This document shows, piece after piece, positions 12,876 to 24,732 of a DNA stretch of 64,000 nucleotides (its first letter is position 1; each line of letters opens with the position of its first letter). Origin of the DNA: Macrostomum lignano. Its lineage: Eukaryota. Location: assembly GCA_002269645.1 (NCBI GenBank), contig NIVC01001563.1, positions 124,001 through 188,000 on the forward strand. The letters are read 5' to 3'. The position numbers were made by a program, and so were the translations under genes. The notes under the pieces are model-generated. The model saw nothing but the letters and a program-made list of their open reading frames with translations, did not search any database and had not been told where the DNA came from.

Positions 12876-14749
12876 TATAGCAATTAATGGGCATTGAAAA
12901 AATGTCTCATTGTTATGCGGCAGATTCGGCTAGCAAAATTGCAGTGTTCCGCGCCCCCGCCCCCGCTCTGTCTGCGTCAGGCCGGCAAGTAGAATCGCAT
13001 TTATGAGAACTGTTCTGTTTTTACACTTTCCCCTCACCTTTGTTGCTATGAAGATTATTCGAGCTAGCGACTGAGCGCTGTTTAACATGTAAAACAAAAC
13101 AAGTCGAGCCATTTTTTCTCGCAACGAGGTCGCCACCCCCCAGTCGTTTGTTATGTTTTTTATTTGTTTTCTTCCAACTAACAAATATTTAATTAATAGT
13201 TATTTTGTTAAAGTAAGGGAATTAATAAGATCGAGAAACTGCCAGCCTAAAGTTTATTGCTGTCTGCGCTGTTATAGCAATGCTCAGCCAAACTCAACAA
13301 TGTACTGTCTAACAATGTAACGGGGAATTCAGTAATAAGAACCTATATTATTAACGTTGAGCTCTCAATGTGTGTTGAATTTATTAATAACTGCGAGCGC
13401 GAATGCTTGCCGAGTCTGTCCAGCTGTTTAGTAGTGTCTAATTCTACTCCCATGGTCTACCCAATGCACCCCGTTCTCTCCCCTCCCCTCTGTCTGTCTT
13501 ATGTCGCTCTGCCCCAGCTATCTACTTGCTAATTTTATCAAAAATTTTCTCTAACACCTTTATGCAAAGTAAAATAAATTAATAGTTGTTGATATAATGC
13601 AAGAAAAAAATACACCTGGTAATGTTGCCTATTGTATTGACAATTTATGCTTATATATACATTGGTCCGTATCCAAGGTAAATAAACCGTTACTATGCGG
13701 ACTTGTCCCCATAAATTTCCCGATAATTTGTGCGTAATTATTTTATTTAAAGAAATGTTATATAAGACCCCCTTAAAAGACTTCAATATGTTTTCATTAT
13801 CAATGTTGGCCCGATTCTGCTGTTCCTATTATTGCTATATAACACGAGCGTGTGAAGCTTAAAAAACTCGAGTCGAGAAGCACCCGAGACCCAATGCATG
13901 ATTGCGTAATTGAATTGTAGCTCCACCTCAAAGTCCCACGATATGCCTGCTTATATGAACAAGCTTATGTCCCAAGTTTGAAATTTGTAAGTCTTTATTT
14001 TTGTTGGTTTGAGTTTATTCTACTAAACTATACTATTTGTTATTAATCACTATTTCGTTAATTGCTTGGCTATAATTACTATGAACTGTCGTTAATTTTG
14101 GTTCCGGGTTTGATTTGTCAGTTTTTCTCAAAAGCACAGAAAATGTCTTCAATGATAGACAGTGTAAAATAGCTAATCAGTAAAGTAGGCTCGCTTTAAC
14201 TACCCTTATATTAACTATTCACACCACCCTTTACCCTCACAAATAAGGCTTAATACTTTGTTTACTTTAATTCCTATTACACTTTATAAATAGCTCCTAT
14301 TATTATGATCTTTGTCATACTAAACCAAAAACAATTTTTTTTCTCTCTCTGCTTGTCATCTTGCAGTTTCCTAAACTTTAAAGTAGGCTGGCTTTGAACT
14401 ATACTGCATATTTAATACTAATAGTAGTAGCTCTGGCGTGACAGGCTGCCAATAGTTGTTAAGCTAATTGTGGCGCCGCCCTTCTCCCCTTATTGTCGGA
14501 TTGTTGCTACAAAGTTTTCAAAACGTTCAATTCTAAACAGTTTCTGTTTTTTCTCCTAAAATTTTCTCCTAAAAATGTCCGAAAGACTCAGTTTATATGT
14601 AGGGTTCGTTTTGCGCTGCTAATGTAAAACAAAACTTTATGACTAGCAAAACATGTGGTCATTGGTCTGTCTTGGTCTCCGTTCTTTTATTGTTAAAAAA
14701 ACTTTAGATCACTCTGTACAGCGGTGTGTGTTCGTTTAGGAAATCATAT

Positions 14750-15022
14750 TAGGTCATTTCCCATTTTAAGGACAGTGTGTACTTTTGCTTGTCATACTAC
14801 GAGTAGGTCACTCCCCTTTGAAGTACAGCGTGTCCGTTTATTAAATCCTATATACTGGGTCACTCCCCTTTAAAGGACAGCGTGGTCCGTTTGGTGAATC
14901 CTATATGCTAGGTCACTCCCCTTTAAAGGACAGCGTGGTCCGTTTGGTGAATCCTATATACTAGGTCACTCCCCTTTGAAGTACAGCGTGTCCGTTTGGT
15001 GAATCCTATATGCTAGGTCACT
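14750..15022. repeat. Tandem repeat, ~53-bp unit (AGGTCACTCCCCTTTAAAGGACAGCGTGGTCCGTTTGGTGAATCCTATATGCT), ~5 copies, ending ~110 bp upstream of the PSMD11 ATG
   Basis: Read directly. Confidence 0.85.
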
Positions 15023-15131
15023 TGCCATAAATCCTATTAGATTACCCCCCTCCCCTAATGGATTGCCTATTGGATTTTTAATCGCTTACCCGATTCTCTG
15101 CATGCTCCGGCTCGACATACTCCAATAAGAA

Positions 15132-17365
15132 ATGGCAGTTGGCGCAGTGGAAACCTTAGTCTCTAGTCTGGCCTCAGCGGCCGACCAGACTAGCGAAGAG
15201 GCCTCGCGTCGTCAGGAGACTGAGATCCTGACTCTAGGCAGGCGCCTGTTCGATAGCGGCGAGGCCCAACAACTAGCCGATCTGATTGTTGCCACCCGGC
15301 CGTTTCTCAACCGGATGAGCAAGGCCAAGGCCGGCAAGCTGGTTAAGACTCTGCTGGATCATTTCTTAGACCTGGAGGCTGGCACCGGACGGGAGATTAA
15401 ACTGTGCGAGGACTGCATCGCTTGGGCCGATGCTGAGAAACGGAATTACCTGCGCCAGAGTCTGCAGGTTCGCCTAATGGCTCTGTTCTACAGCAGCGGC
15501 CGCTACGAGGAGGCACTCCGATTGGGCTCCAAGCTGCTGCGGGAATTGAAGAAACTCGACGACAAAATGCTGCTGGTTGAAGTGCAGCTGCTTGAGAGCA
15601 AGACTTACTATAAGGTGAGGGCGCGTTACTAAACTTCTATCTTAAAAAGCTTAGAACTACGCTTTGACCCTTGAAACTAAGCACTTAACTGACTCGCTTT
15701 AATCAATGTGAGTGTGAACCGAGCCATTAGAATCGCCCTGAACAGAGCCATAAGAATCGCCCTGAACAGAGCCATAAGAATCGCCCTGAACCGAGCCATT
15801 AGAATCGCCCTGAACAGAGCCATAAGAATCGCCCTGAACAGAGCCATAAGAATCGCCCTGAACCGGGCCATAAGAATCGCCCTGAACCGGGCCATAAGAA
15901 TCGCCCTGAACCGAGCCATAAGAATCGCCCTGAACCGGGCCATAAGAATCGCCCTGAACCGGGCCATAAGAATCGCCCTGAACCGGGCCATAAAAATCGC
16001 CCTGAACCGAGCCATAAGAATGCCCTGAACCGGGCCATAAGAATCGCCCTGAACCGAGCCATAAGAATCGCCCTGAACCGAACTTCTCTCTCACCTGCTA
16101 GCTGAGCAATGTGCAGCGCGCCCGAGCCGCCCTGACGTCATCGCGCACCACCGCCAACGGCATCTACATACCGCCGAAGATGCAGGCCGGCCTGGACCTG
16201 CAGAGCGGAGTTCTGCACGCGGCGGACGAGCGCGACTTCAAGACCGCCTATTCGTACTTTTACGAAGCGTTTGAAGGCTACGATTCCGTTGATTTGCAAC
16301 GGCAGGCGGTCAACGCGCTGAAGTACATGCTTATGTGCAAGATTATACTCAACCAGAGCGAAGAGGTGGGTCTTAATTTATCCGGTGCTGTTTTCTTTGC
16401 GTATGATTGCCAACTTCCCAGATCCTCATATTGAGCCAGCCACCTTCCCAGATCCTCATGTTGAGCCAGCCACCTTCCCAGATCCTCATATTGAGCCAGC
16501 CACCTTCCCAGATCCTCATGTTGAGCCAGCCACCTTCCCAGATCCTCATATTGAGCCAGCCACCTTCCCAGATCCTCATGTTGAGCCAGCCACCTTCCCA
16601 GATCCTCATGCTGAGCCAGCCACCTTCCCAGATCCTCATATTGAGCCAGCCACCTTCCCAGATCCTCATGTTGAGCCAGCCACCTTCCCAGATCCTCATG
16701 TTGAGCCAGCCACCTTCCCAGATCCTCATATTGAGCCAGCCACCTTCCCAGATTCTCATATTGAGCCAGCCACGCTATAAGCCCCCATTAGGCTTAGTGT
16801 CTCCCAGAGCCTGCAACGAAGCGCACCTGTATAAATTCCCATTCCATCCATATAAATAAAGCGGATGCCCCACCTACCCTCCCGCCACCAGGTGTCGTCC
16901 ATCTTGAGCGGCAAGCTGGCTCTGAAATACGCCGCCTACAGCGACGTGCAGGCCATGACGGAGATCGCCGGCAGCGTCAAGCGCCGCTCCCTGGCCGACT
17001 TTGTCGCCGCCCGCGACAAATTCAAAGCCGAATTAGACGACGACTTCGTAGTTAAGCGGCACCTGGCCACCCTGTACGACTCGCTGGTTGAGCGCAACCT
17101 GTCCAAGCTGATCGAGGCCTATGGCTGCGTGCAAATCGACCGCATCGCCGAGCTCATCGGCCTGCCCCGAGATGTTGTTGAAAAGAAATTATCCCAAATG
17201 ATTCTGGACAAATCGTTAAACGGCATCCTGGATCAGGAGAGCGGCGTACTGGTGATGTACACCCATCAGGAGGCCGACCAGACGTACGCGCGCTCGCTGG
17301 ACACTATACACGAGAGCAGCAAGGTCATCGACCAGCTGTACATCAAGTCTGGCAAGCTCACCTGA
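15132..17365 (+). CDS. PSMD11: 26S proteasome non-ATPase regulatory subunit 11 (Rpn6), ~406 aa
   Basis: Exons 15132-15614, 16102-16365, 16892-17365; both introns GT-AG phase 0. Motifs [27 protein letters not shown]|[39 protein letters not shown] domain LSQMILDK. Confidence 0.96.
15714..16081. repeat. Intronic minisatellite, 24-bp unit (ATCGCCCTGAACCGAGCCATAAGA), ~15 copies, PSMD11 intron 1
   Basis: Read directly; ends 20 nt before the acceptor AG at 16100-16101. Confidence 0.97.
16414..16771. repeat. Intronic minisatellite, 30-bp unit (GAGCCAGCCACCTTCCCAGATCCTCATATT), ~12 copies, PSMD11 intron 2
   Basis: Read directly. Confidence 0.97.
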
Positions 17366-17802
17366 CCGCCCTGACCCCTATTGTACCCCAGTGAAAACTG
17401 CTTTTTTGTTTAACTAAGCTCCATATAATTGCACCGTACTGCTTCAATCTGTTGCTCTTTTCTCGTCTAAATAATCTGCAGAACAAGCTTATGCGGTAGC
17501 CCTATCTGTTATACTACATCAAAATATTTGTAATATCCAGCCTCTTTAAAGTTTAGACTCAAAAACAACAAAGCGGAGACATAGCCTAGTATCAGCGCAA
17601 TTTGGCTTGTCCGTGTGTCTGTCTTTATTGTCTGCAACTACAAGTGAAATAAATATCAATCAAATTAATGCAATTTTAATTGCGACTCTTCAGTCTCAAA
17701 AAAAGTTTAATTAGTTTCATTATTTATATTTGGTGATAGCAGGAGATTAGTAAATGTTTTTATAGCACTGGTAAACACAGGATCCCTATGGATATAGGTG
17801 TC

Positions 17803-18758
17803 AAAATTATCCCTACTGATAGTAGTGTGAAATTATCCCTACTGATAGTAGTGTGAAATTATCCCTGCTGATAGTAGTAAGAAAATGATCCCTACTGATA
17901 GTAGTGTGAAATTATCCCTACTGATAGTAGTGTGAAAATTATCCCTGCTGATAGTAGTGTGAAAATTATCCCTACTGATAGTAGTGTGAAAATTATCCCT
18001 GCTGATAGTAGTGGGAAAATTATCCCTACTGATAGTAGTATGAAAATGATCCCTACTGATAGTAGTGTGAAAATTATCCCTACTGATAGTAGTGTGAAAA
18101 TGATCCCTACTGATAGTAGTGTGAAATTATCCCTGCTTATAGTAGTGTGAAAATATCCCTACTGATAGTAGTATGAAAATTATCCCTACTGATAGTAGTG
18201 TGAAAATGATCCCTACTGATAGTAGTGTGAGAATGATCCCTACTGATAGTAGTGTGAAATTATCCCTGCTTATAGTAGTGTGAAAATTATCCCTACTGAT
18301 AGTAGTGTGAAAATTATCCCTACTGATTCCCTACTGATAGTAGTGTGAAAATTATCCCTACTGATTCCCTGCTGATAGTAGTGTGAAATTATCCCTGCTG
18401 ATAGTAGTGTGAAATTATCCCTGCTGATAGTAGTGTGAAAATGATCCCTACTGATAGTAGTGTGAAATTATCCCTACTGATAGTAGTGTGAAAATGATCC
18501 CTACTGATAGTAGTGTGAAAATTATCCCTACTGATAGTAGTTTGAAAATGATCCCTACTGATAGTAGTATGAAAATTATCCCTACTGATAGTAGTGTGAA
18601 AATGATCCCTACTGATAGTAGTGTGAAAATGATCCCTACTGATAGTAGTGTGGAAATGATCCCTACTGATAGTAGTTTGAAAATTATCCCTACTGATAGT
18701 AGTGTGAAAATTATCCCTACTGATAGTAGTGTGAAAATTATCCCTGCTGATAGTAGTA
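17803..18758. repeat. Minisatellite, 27-bp unit (ATCCCTACTGATAGTAGTGTGAAAATT, 26-bp variants), ~35 copies, ending ~35 bp before the MIIP ATG
   Basis: Read directly. Confidence 0.97.
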
Positions 18759-18792
18759 TGAAGAATCGCATAAAATTTTTCATTAAAAATTC

Positions 18793-20393
18793 ATGACAGA
18801 CTCAGCAGAGTCGGCTGCGCTCCGCCAGCTCGAGCAGCTCCGTCGGCAGAGCCGTAACCTGCTAGCCGAGCTGCGCCCGCGGTCTACTGCTGGCCCGTCC
18901 TCCGCCGACCGGCTGCTCAGCGACGTCGGGAATCTCCGACCAGCGGCGCCGGTGCCGGAAGCGGAAGCGGCCGAACGGGCCAAACGGTTGCACAGGCGAG
19001 CCCTGCCCAAGGCGGGCAGTCGGAGCGAGCTGGACCGCACCAGGGCCGATTTAGCTTTGCGATCAGCTGACGGCCTTGGCTACGACTGGATGATGAGCTC
19101 GTTGGAGAACTGTGGCGCCGCTGGCGGCGTCTTGGGCAACGACATCGGCGTAGACAGGTACGACGTGCTTCGCCAGGAGCACTCCGAGCTGCTGCAGCGG
19201 GTACTGCATTTTCTTAAAACTTACCGCAACGAGTGCATCAGCGATTCTTACCGGCACGAGCACCTGGATGAGCAGGCGCTGCGCCGGCTGAAAGACCTGC
19301 TGCCCGGCTCGGCGCCTGGAGACGAGGATTCTGATCCCGTGAGTCTGGGGGGTTGCGACTCGAAGTCTGTTAATGGTGTATCATAAGTGCCTAAATGTAG
19401 CCACAGTCCCTCAGTCTCCGGATCCCAACTGGCTACAGTCCCTCAGTCTCAGGATCCCAACTGTAGCTACAGTCCCTCAGTCTCAGGATCCCAACTGTAC
19501 TCGTAGCTACAGTCCCTCAGTCTCCGGATCCCAACTGTAGCTACAGTCCCTCAGTCTCAGGATCCCAACTGTACTCGTAGCTACAGTCCCTCAGTCTCAG
19601 GATCCCAACTGTACTCGTAGCTACAGTCCCTCAGTCTCAGATCTCAACTAGCTACTTTCACAAGTCTCTAAATCAGCCCAAATTGCCAAGTTGCCATCAT
19701 CAGTAGTCAGTAGTCATAGCTCTTACGCTTCAATACCTGACAACTGTGCACCCGAAGGCCACCGGGCCGCAGGCGCGACCGTCCTCGCCGCCGGCCGGCC
19801 CGCCAGTGTACGCCTACACGGTGAACGAGCGCCTGTTCCCGGTGCCGCTAAATCTGGACACGGTGTTCCGCCAGCCGCCTAGCAAAGACTCGCCAGCCGT
19901 TGTCCAAGTCAGCATACCCTACGGCCGGGTCAAAGCGCCGTCCAAAGTGCTGAAGCCGCCGTCATCAGCTAGGACTTCCTTGACGGCCTCCACTAGCGGC
20001 CAGGGTTCGGCGGCGGCTGACACAATGTCGCTGCACAGCCACTGCGCTCCGGGTTACCGCCTGCGGCCGCCCGATCCGACCGCCCGGCCAGCCGAGCCCG
20101 CGGCCCTGCAGCTAACTAGCGGCGGCGGCAGACGGGCCTGGCGCCGGCCGCAGACCTACCGGGAGGCCATCGAGCTGGTGCGCGGGCCGCAGCCTGCCGG
20201 CAAGGGCGGGCTTGCGCCGCAGCCAGGACTGGCAGCCAATCAGATCGCTTCAGCTGATAGCCGAGGCGGCGGCGGCAGCGGCCGGCCAGCAACGGATCGC
20301 GCCGTCCGGGAGGGCATCCAAGCCCGGATGCGGCATCTGCCGACGGCTGTGAAACGACCAGACGATCTGACAGACGTGCCGGTGCTGAGCTGA
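18793..20393 (+). CDS. MIIP: Migration and invasion inhibitory protein (MIIP/IIp45) homologue, ~388 aa
   Basis: Exons 18793-19338 (donor GTGAGT) and 19773-20393 (acceptor CCGCAG, CTGAC branch-like site ~30 nt upstream; acceptor choice inferred). Recognised family blocks LGYDWMMSSLE, LKTYRNECIS, VYAYTVNERLFPVP, VQVSIP, DTMSLHSHC. Confidence 0.8.
19397..19648. repeat. Intronic minisatellite, 34-41-bp unit (TAGCTACAGTCCCTCAGTCTCAGGATCCCAACTG), ~6-7 copies, MIIP intron
   Basis: Read directly. Confidence 0.93.
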
Positions 20394-21554
20394 CTCACAA
20401 TCTGATTGTTCCGTTAGCTATTCATTCCAATTTGGTCGTAGGTTAACTGTAGTGTCTTGATGATTCACCGCTAGCTGAAACATTGTGGCGATGCTTTTTA
20501 ATCACAAAATTATATACTCGTATTTGCCTCTTCAATAAATCTCTTCGCCTTTTTATTTCGTAAAAATATATAAAACTCAAGCTTAATACATTAATCAGTT
20601 GGAGTTTAAATTGTCTTGAATTTTATTATCTACAAAGAATGGTAATATAGTTGTAAAAAAGCAGAGCGTCTACTTTTGTTTTAGTAGTTTATCGGCGCAG
20701 TGTTGCTTAAATTTAATGTGGCAGCTAAAATTGCCTTTTCTTCCTCAGGGGTTTTTTGCCTTAGGAGCATATGGAGCTAATAATGTACAATAATTTAACT
20801 CGATGTACACAAGTGAACGCAAGACGGACAAAACTCAGCCTAGGGGGCAGGCCCAATCCTGCCCAGCCAATGAGAGAGCAGTAAGGAAAAAGAGCCAAAT
20901 AGGCCAACCCAACCCCTGGCCTACCCCAACCCACATCCAGGGCCTCCTTCCGCTGATTGGCCAGCCAATCAGCGACGTGCTCCAGAGGGGACCCTTTCCT
21001 ACTACTTGTAATGTTAATAACCTGAGTGACTATGACCTGCGCATTGTAATAAAAAGTAGAAGTCTGCTAACATACTGAGCTAACCAACTGACATGGTTAT
21101 ACTTGAAATTCCGTTCTTCTAACACTTAAATAGCACATGTAACTGTTATTCTAACACATGCTAACAATGAGACAGGTGGCCATGTCAGCTTTTAAGGGAG
21201 ATACTATGAACACGACGCGCTGCACGTTTAGTAAAAGTTTTGGCCACAGACTAAAGACGAAGACACTGGATAAGGCAATAAGGGGGTGATTGTGAGACAG
21301 CTTTAACTGTTCTGTCTTATTGCATCCTGGATGAAGGTATAGAACGGATTACTCGTCTGTACTCGTAGAGTAGGGTTCGGCCTGTCCTGGACCCGACTCA
21401 AAAAACAACTCAAAGTTGGCCGGGTTAGCCCATAGACAACACGCAAAACTCGATTGAGAAACAAGCGAACCTAGAGTTGGTCTAAATATGTTGTGTATTG
21501 CCAGATGGCTCAATCTACCTGGTTCTGTTTGGTTCTGTAGGCTTTCAATTTCAT

Positions 21555-21882
21555 GCTCCATAACCCGGAATCTGTGCTCTATAACCCGGAATCTGCGCTC
21601 TATAACCCGGAATCTGCGCTCTATAACCCGGAAATCTGTGCTCCATAACCCGGAATCTGTGCTCCATAACCTGGAATCTGTGCTCCATAACCCAGAATCT
21701 GTGCCCCATAACCTGCAATCTGTGCCCCATGACCCGGAATCTGTGCTCTATAACCCGGAATCTGTGCCCCATAACCTGCAATCTGTGCCCCATAACCTGC
21801 AATCTGTGCTCCATAACCCGGAATCTGTGCCCCATAACCTGCAATCTGTGCCCCATGACCCGGAATCTGTGCTCTATAACCC
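21555..21882. repeat. Minisatellite, 21-bp unit (CATAACCCGGAATCTGTGCTC), ~15 copies
   Basis: Read directly; intergenic, upstream of NTAQ1. Confidence 0.95.
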
Positions 21883-22266
21883 GTATTGCTATTGTCACCC
21901 AAGTTGATAGTTACACCAACAATGAGTTGAAAAGAGGGGGGATGAAATCAAAGAGGGTAGGGGATAGAAGGGAGAGGAGAGAAGAGAAGGAGATGACAGA
22001 GGATCGAGAGGAGAAAATGAGCAAGAAGGTAGCTGAGAAGCGCCACAAACCTTGAGCAGGCTGGAGTTGCTGACCCCTGCCCTAGAGTCTAGACAGTTAA
22101 AAAACAAGCCTGTTCTGGCTATAGTGTCAATGGTACTCACTCAGTTCAATAAGCAAGTATTGTTATAAATGCACATACCTACTAGCTGTATAGTTGATGC
22201 TGCTAGCCAATCGGTGTACACACAGCTAGACACCGTAATACACACTGGAAATCCTGGCCCAATTGC

Positions 22267-23914
22267 ATGGAGTCGCCAGTGTTAAGTCGCGACGAATTTG
22301 TGCACACGGCCTGCTACTGCGAGGAGAATGTCTACCATCTGATCAGGCAGCTGCGCGCCGTGCCTAGCGCCTTGTTCATCTCTAATCCGGCCCGCCTGGC
22401 GCCAGTCTGGTGCCAGCGCGCCTCCTCGCGCCCTGACGGCCTGGTGTTCTGGGACTATCACGTCGTAGCCATTGACGGCTCGCAGAATCCGCCGCTAGTG
22501 TACGACTTGGATTCTAAACTGGATTTTCCCTGCAGTTTGCCGCTGTATTTTGAGCACGCGCTGAGGCCAAATTCACTGGTTGACCAACTGCTGGCCAGAC
22601 CCATGTCCGAGCGGCCTGGCCGGCTGCACAGGCGCTACCGGCTGGTGTCCGGCCAGAACCTGATGCGCCACTTCGCCTCCGATAGGCGGCACATGCGACA
22701 CAAAAGCACCGGTGAGGTTGCGCGGCCCCTCATCCAATCTCAACCTGTCCTCATCCAATCTAAAACTGTCCTCATCCAATCTCAAACTACCCCCATCCCA
22801 TCTCAACCTGTCCTCATCCAATCTCAAACTACTCCCATCCCATCTCAACCTGTCCTCATCCAATCTCAAACTACCCCCATCCCATCTCAACCTGTCCTCA
22901 TCCAATCTCAAACTACCCCCATCCCATCTCAAACTACCCCCATCCCATCTCAAACTACCCTCATCCAATCTCAAACTGTCCTCATCCCATCTCAAACTAC
23001 CCTCATACCATCTCAAACTACCCTCATCCAATCTCAAACTACCCTCATCCAATCTCAAATTACCCCCATCCCATCTCAACCTGTCCTCATCCAATCTCAA
23101 ACTACCCTCATCCCATCTCAAACCACCCTCATCCCATCTCAAACTACCCTCATCCAATCTCAAACTGTCCTCATCCCATCTCAAACTACATGTACCCTCA
23201 TACCATCTCACACTACCCTCATCCAATCTCAAACTACCCTCATCCAATCTCAAACTACCCTCATCCCATCTCAAACTACCCTCATCCAATCTCAAACTAC
23301 CCCATCCCATCTCAAACCACCCTCATCCCATCTCAAACTACCGTACCCTCATCCTATCTCAAACTACCCTCATCCCATCTCAAACTACCCTTATCCCATC
23401 TCAAACTACCCTTATCCCATCTCAAACTACCCTCATCCCATCTCAAACTACCCTCATCCCATCTTAAACTACTATTATTCCATCTCAAACTACCTTTATC
23501 CCATCTCAAACTACCCTCATCCCATCTCAAACTGTCCTCATCCCACTTCAAATTACCCCCATCCCATCTCAGATTATCCTCATTTCATCTCAAATTATCC
23601 TCATCCCATGTCAAAATAAACCTCATCCCATGTCAAACTACTCTCATCCCATCTCAAACTACTCTTATATCCCATCCCATTTCGCAGGTGCGTGGCTGGC
23701 CCCGCCGCCGGCCTATCCCTGCATCCGGGGTCCCTGGGCCGACAGCGATCACAATCTGCCCCGCTACCTGGACATGGGCGCAGACGATTTCGCCGCCGAT
23801 GCTGCCGATGCTGCCGATGATGATGAGGAAGTCGCTGCCAGCGCCGCCATTGACGGTCGATTTGGCAAACTGCTGACAGAGTCTGAGCTGCTAGCCGAGT
23901 TCGCCCTTGCCTAG
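22267..23914 (+). CDS. NTAQ1: Protein N-terminal glutamine amidohydrolase (WDYHV1), ~223 aa
   Basis: Exons 22267-22711 and 23688-23914; phase-1 GT-AG intron. Motifs TACYCEENVY, FWDYHVV, YDLDS, FASDRRHMR and G|AWLAPPPAYPCI. Confidence 0.95.
22728..23680. repeat. Intronic minisatellite, 21-bp unit (ATCCCATCTCAAACTACCCTC), ~45 copies, almost G-free on the sense strand, NTAQ1 intron
   Basis: Read directly; fills nearly the whole 976-bp intron. Confidence 0.97.
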
Positions 23915-24732
23915 CTTTCAAATGACGCCATCCAGTGCATATATTGCATGGGCATTGAAATTATTCAAAAGATTATTAGAGCAAATCTGAATCTTTATAG
24001 AAATTCAAAATTTAAGTGTCGAACTTCCTATAATGGAGCCTATATAGAAATACTCAAGCAGGCTAACAAGTTTTTAATCTGTTTATTTGGTCGAATCAGA
24101 CATCATCATATTTTATATTTCTACCGTTAAAATGCGTTGATTCGCACAAACTAAATATTTTGCATTGCTACTTTGAGTAGTAGCTATCGTATACAAAAAT
24201 AATCGTGTGCCGAACTGTGTTATTAATATTTGTGTAACTCTTGTCTTTATATGTATATTTCACGTATATGTGTATGTGTGTTAATATATGTGTATCTCTA
24301 TGGTTTATATAACGTTTTTATACTTATTTATAAACACAAAGCAGACAAAACTTATCAAAGTACAGAACGTACTGTTTGACTGATTTTTGATCCAAGTATT
24401 TCCTAGATACAGACTTTATAAGATCAGAAGGCTCTACAGTCTACATATAGACTTAAACAAGGGGCCAATAGGATATAAGGACTTCCAAGAAAAGAACTAA
24501 CAGAAAAACAAAGGGCAAAGCTTGTTGGAAAGTTACAGTGAAGGTCAATATTCAAGTCAAATTCTAAATTTTGCTATCGTTTATTATATTCGCTTGGCTT
24601 TGTTTATTATGCTTTTGAAATCATAATCATGGATATTCTAGTAATATTATAGGTTCCAGGGTTATAAGTTGCCTGTTTGCGATTGATTGATTGATCGATT
24701 GATTGATTGATTAAGTTCCGTCTGATTTTGAA

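Noticed and set aside
11722-12897. Long repetitive ORFs here and at 15677-16094, 16373-16859, 17932-18796, 21488-22055, 32066-33299, 44176-44621, 48837-49287, 53959-54622, 58397-58702
   Set aside because: All are translations of tandem repeats, open in several frames and on both strands.
20804-21072. Solo LTR (TG...CA with AATAAA)
   Set aside because: No target-site duplication could be found at the candidate ends.
22267-23619. 450-aa ORF fusing NTAQ1 to a long SQTTLIP repeat
   Set aside because: It reads through the intron because the G-poor unit rarely forms stops. The conserved NTAQ1 C-terminus lies in a separate exon joined by canonical splice sites.
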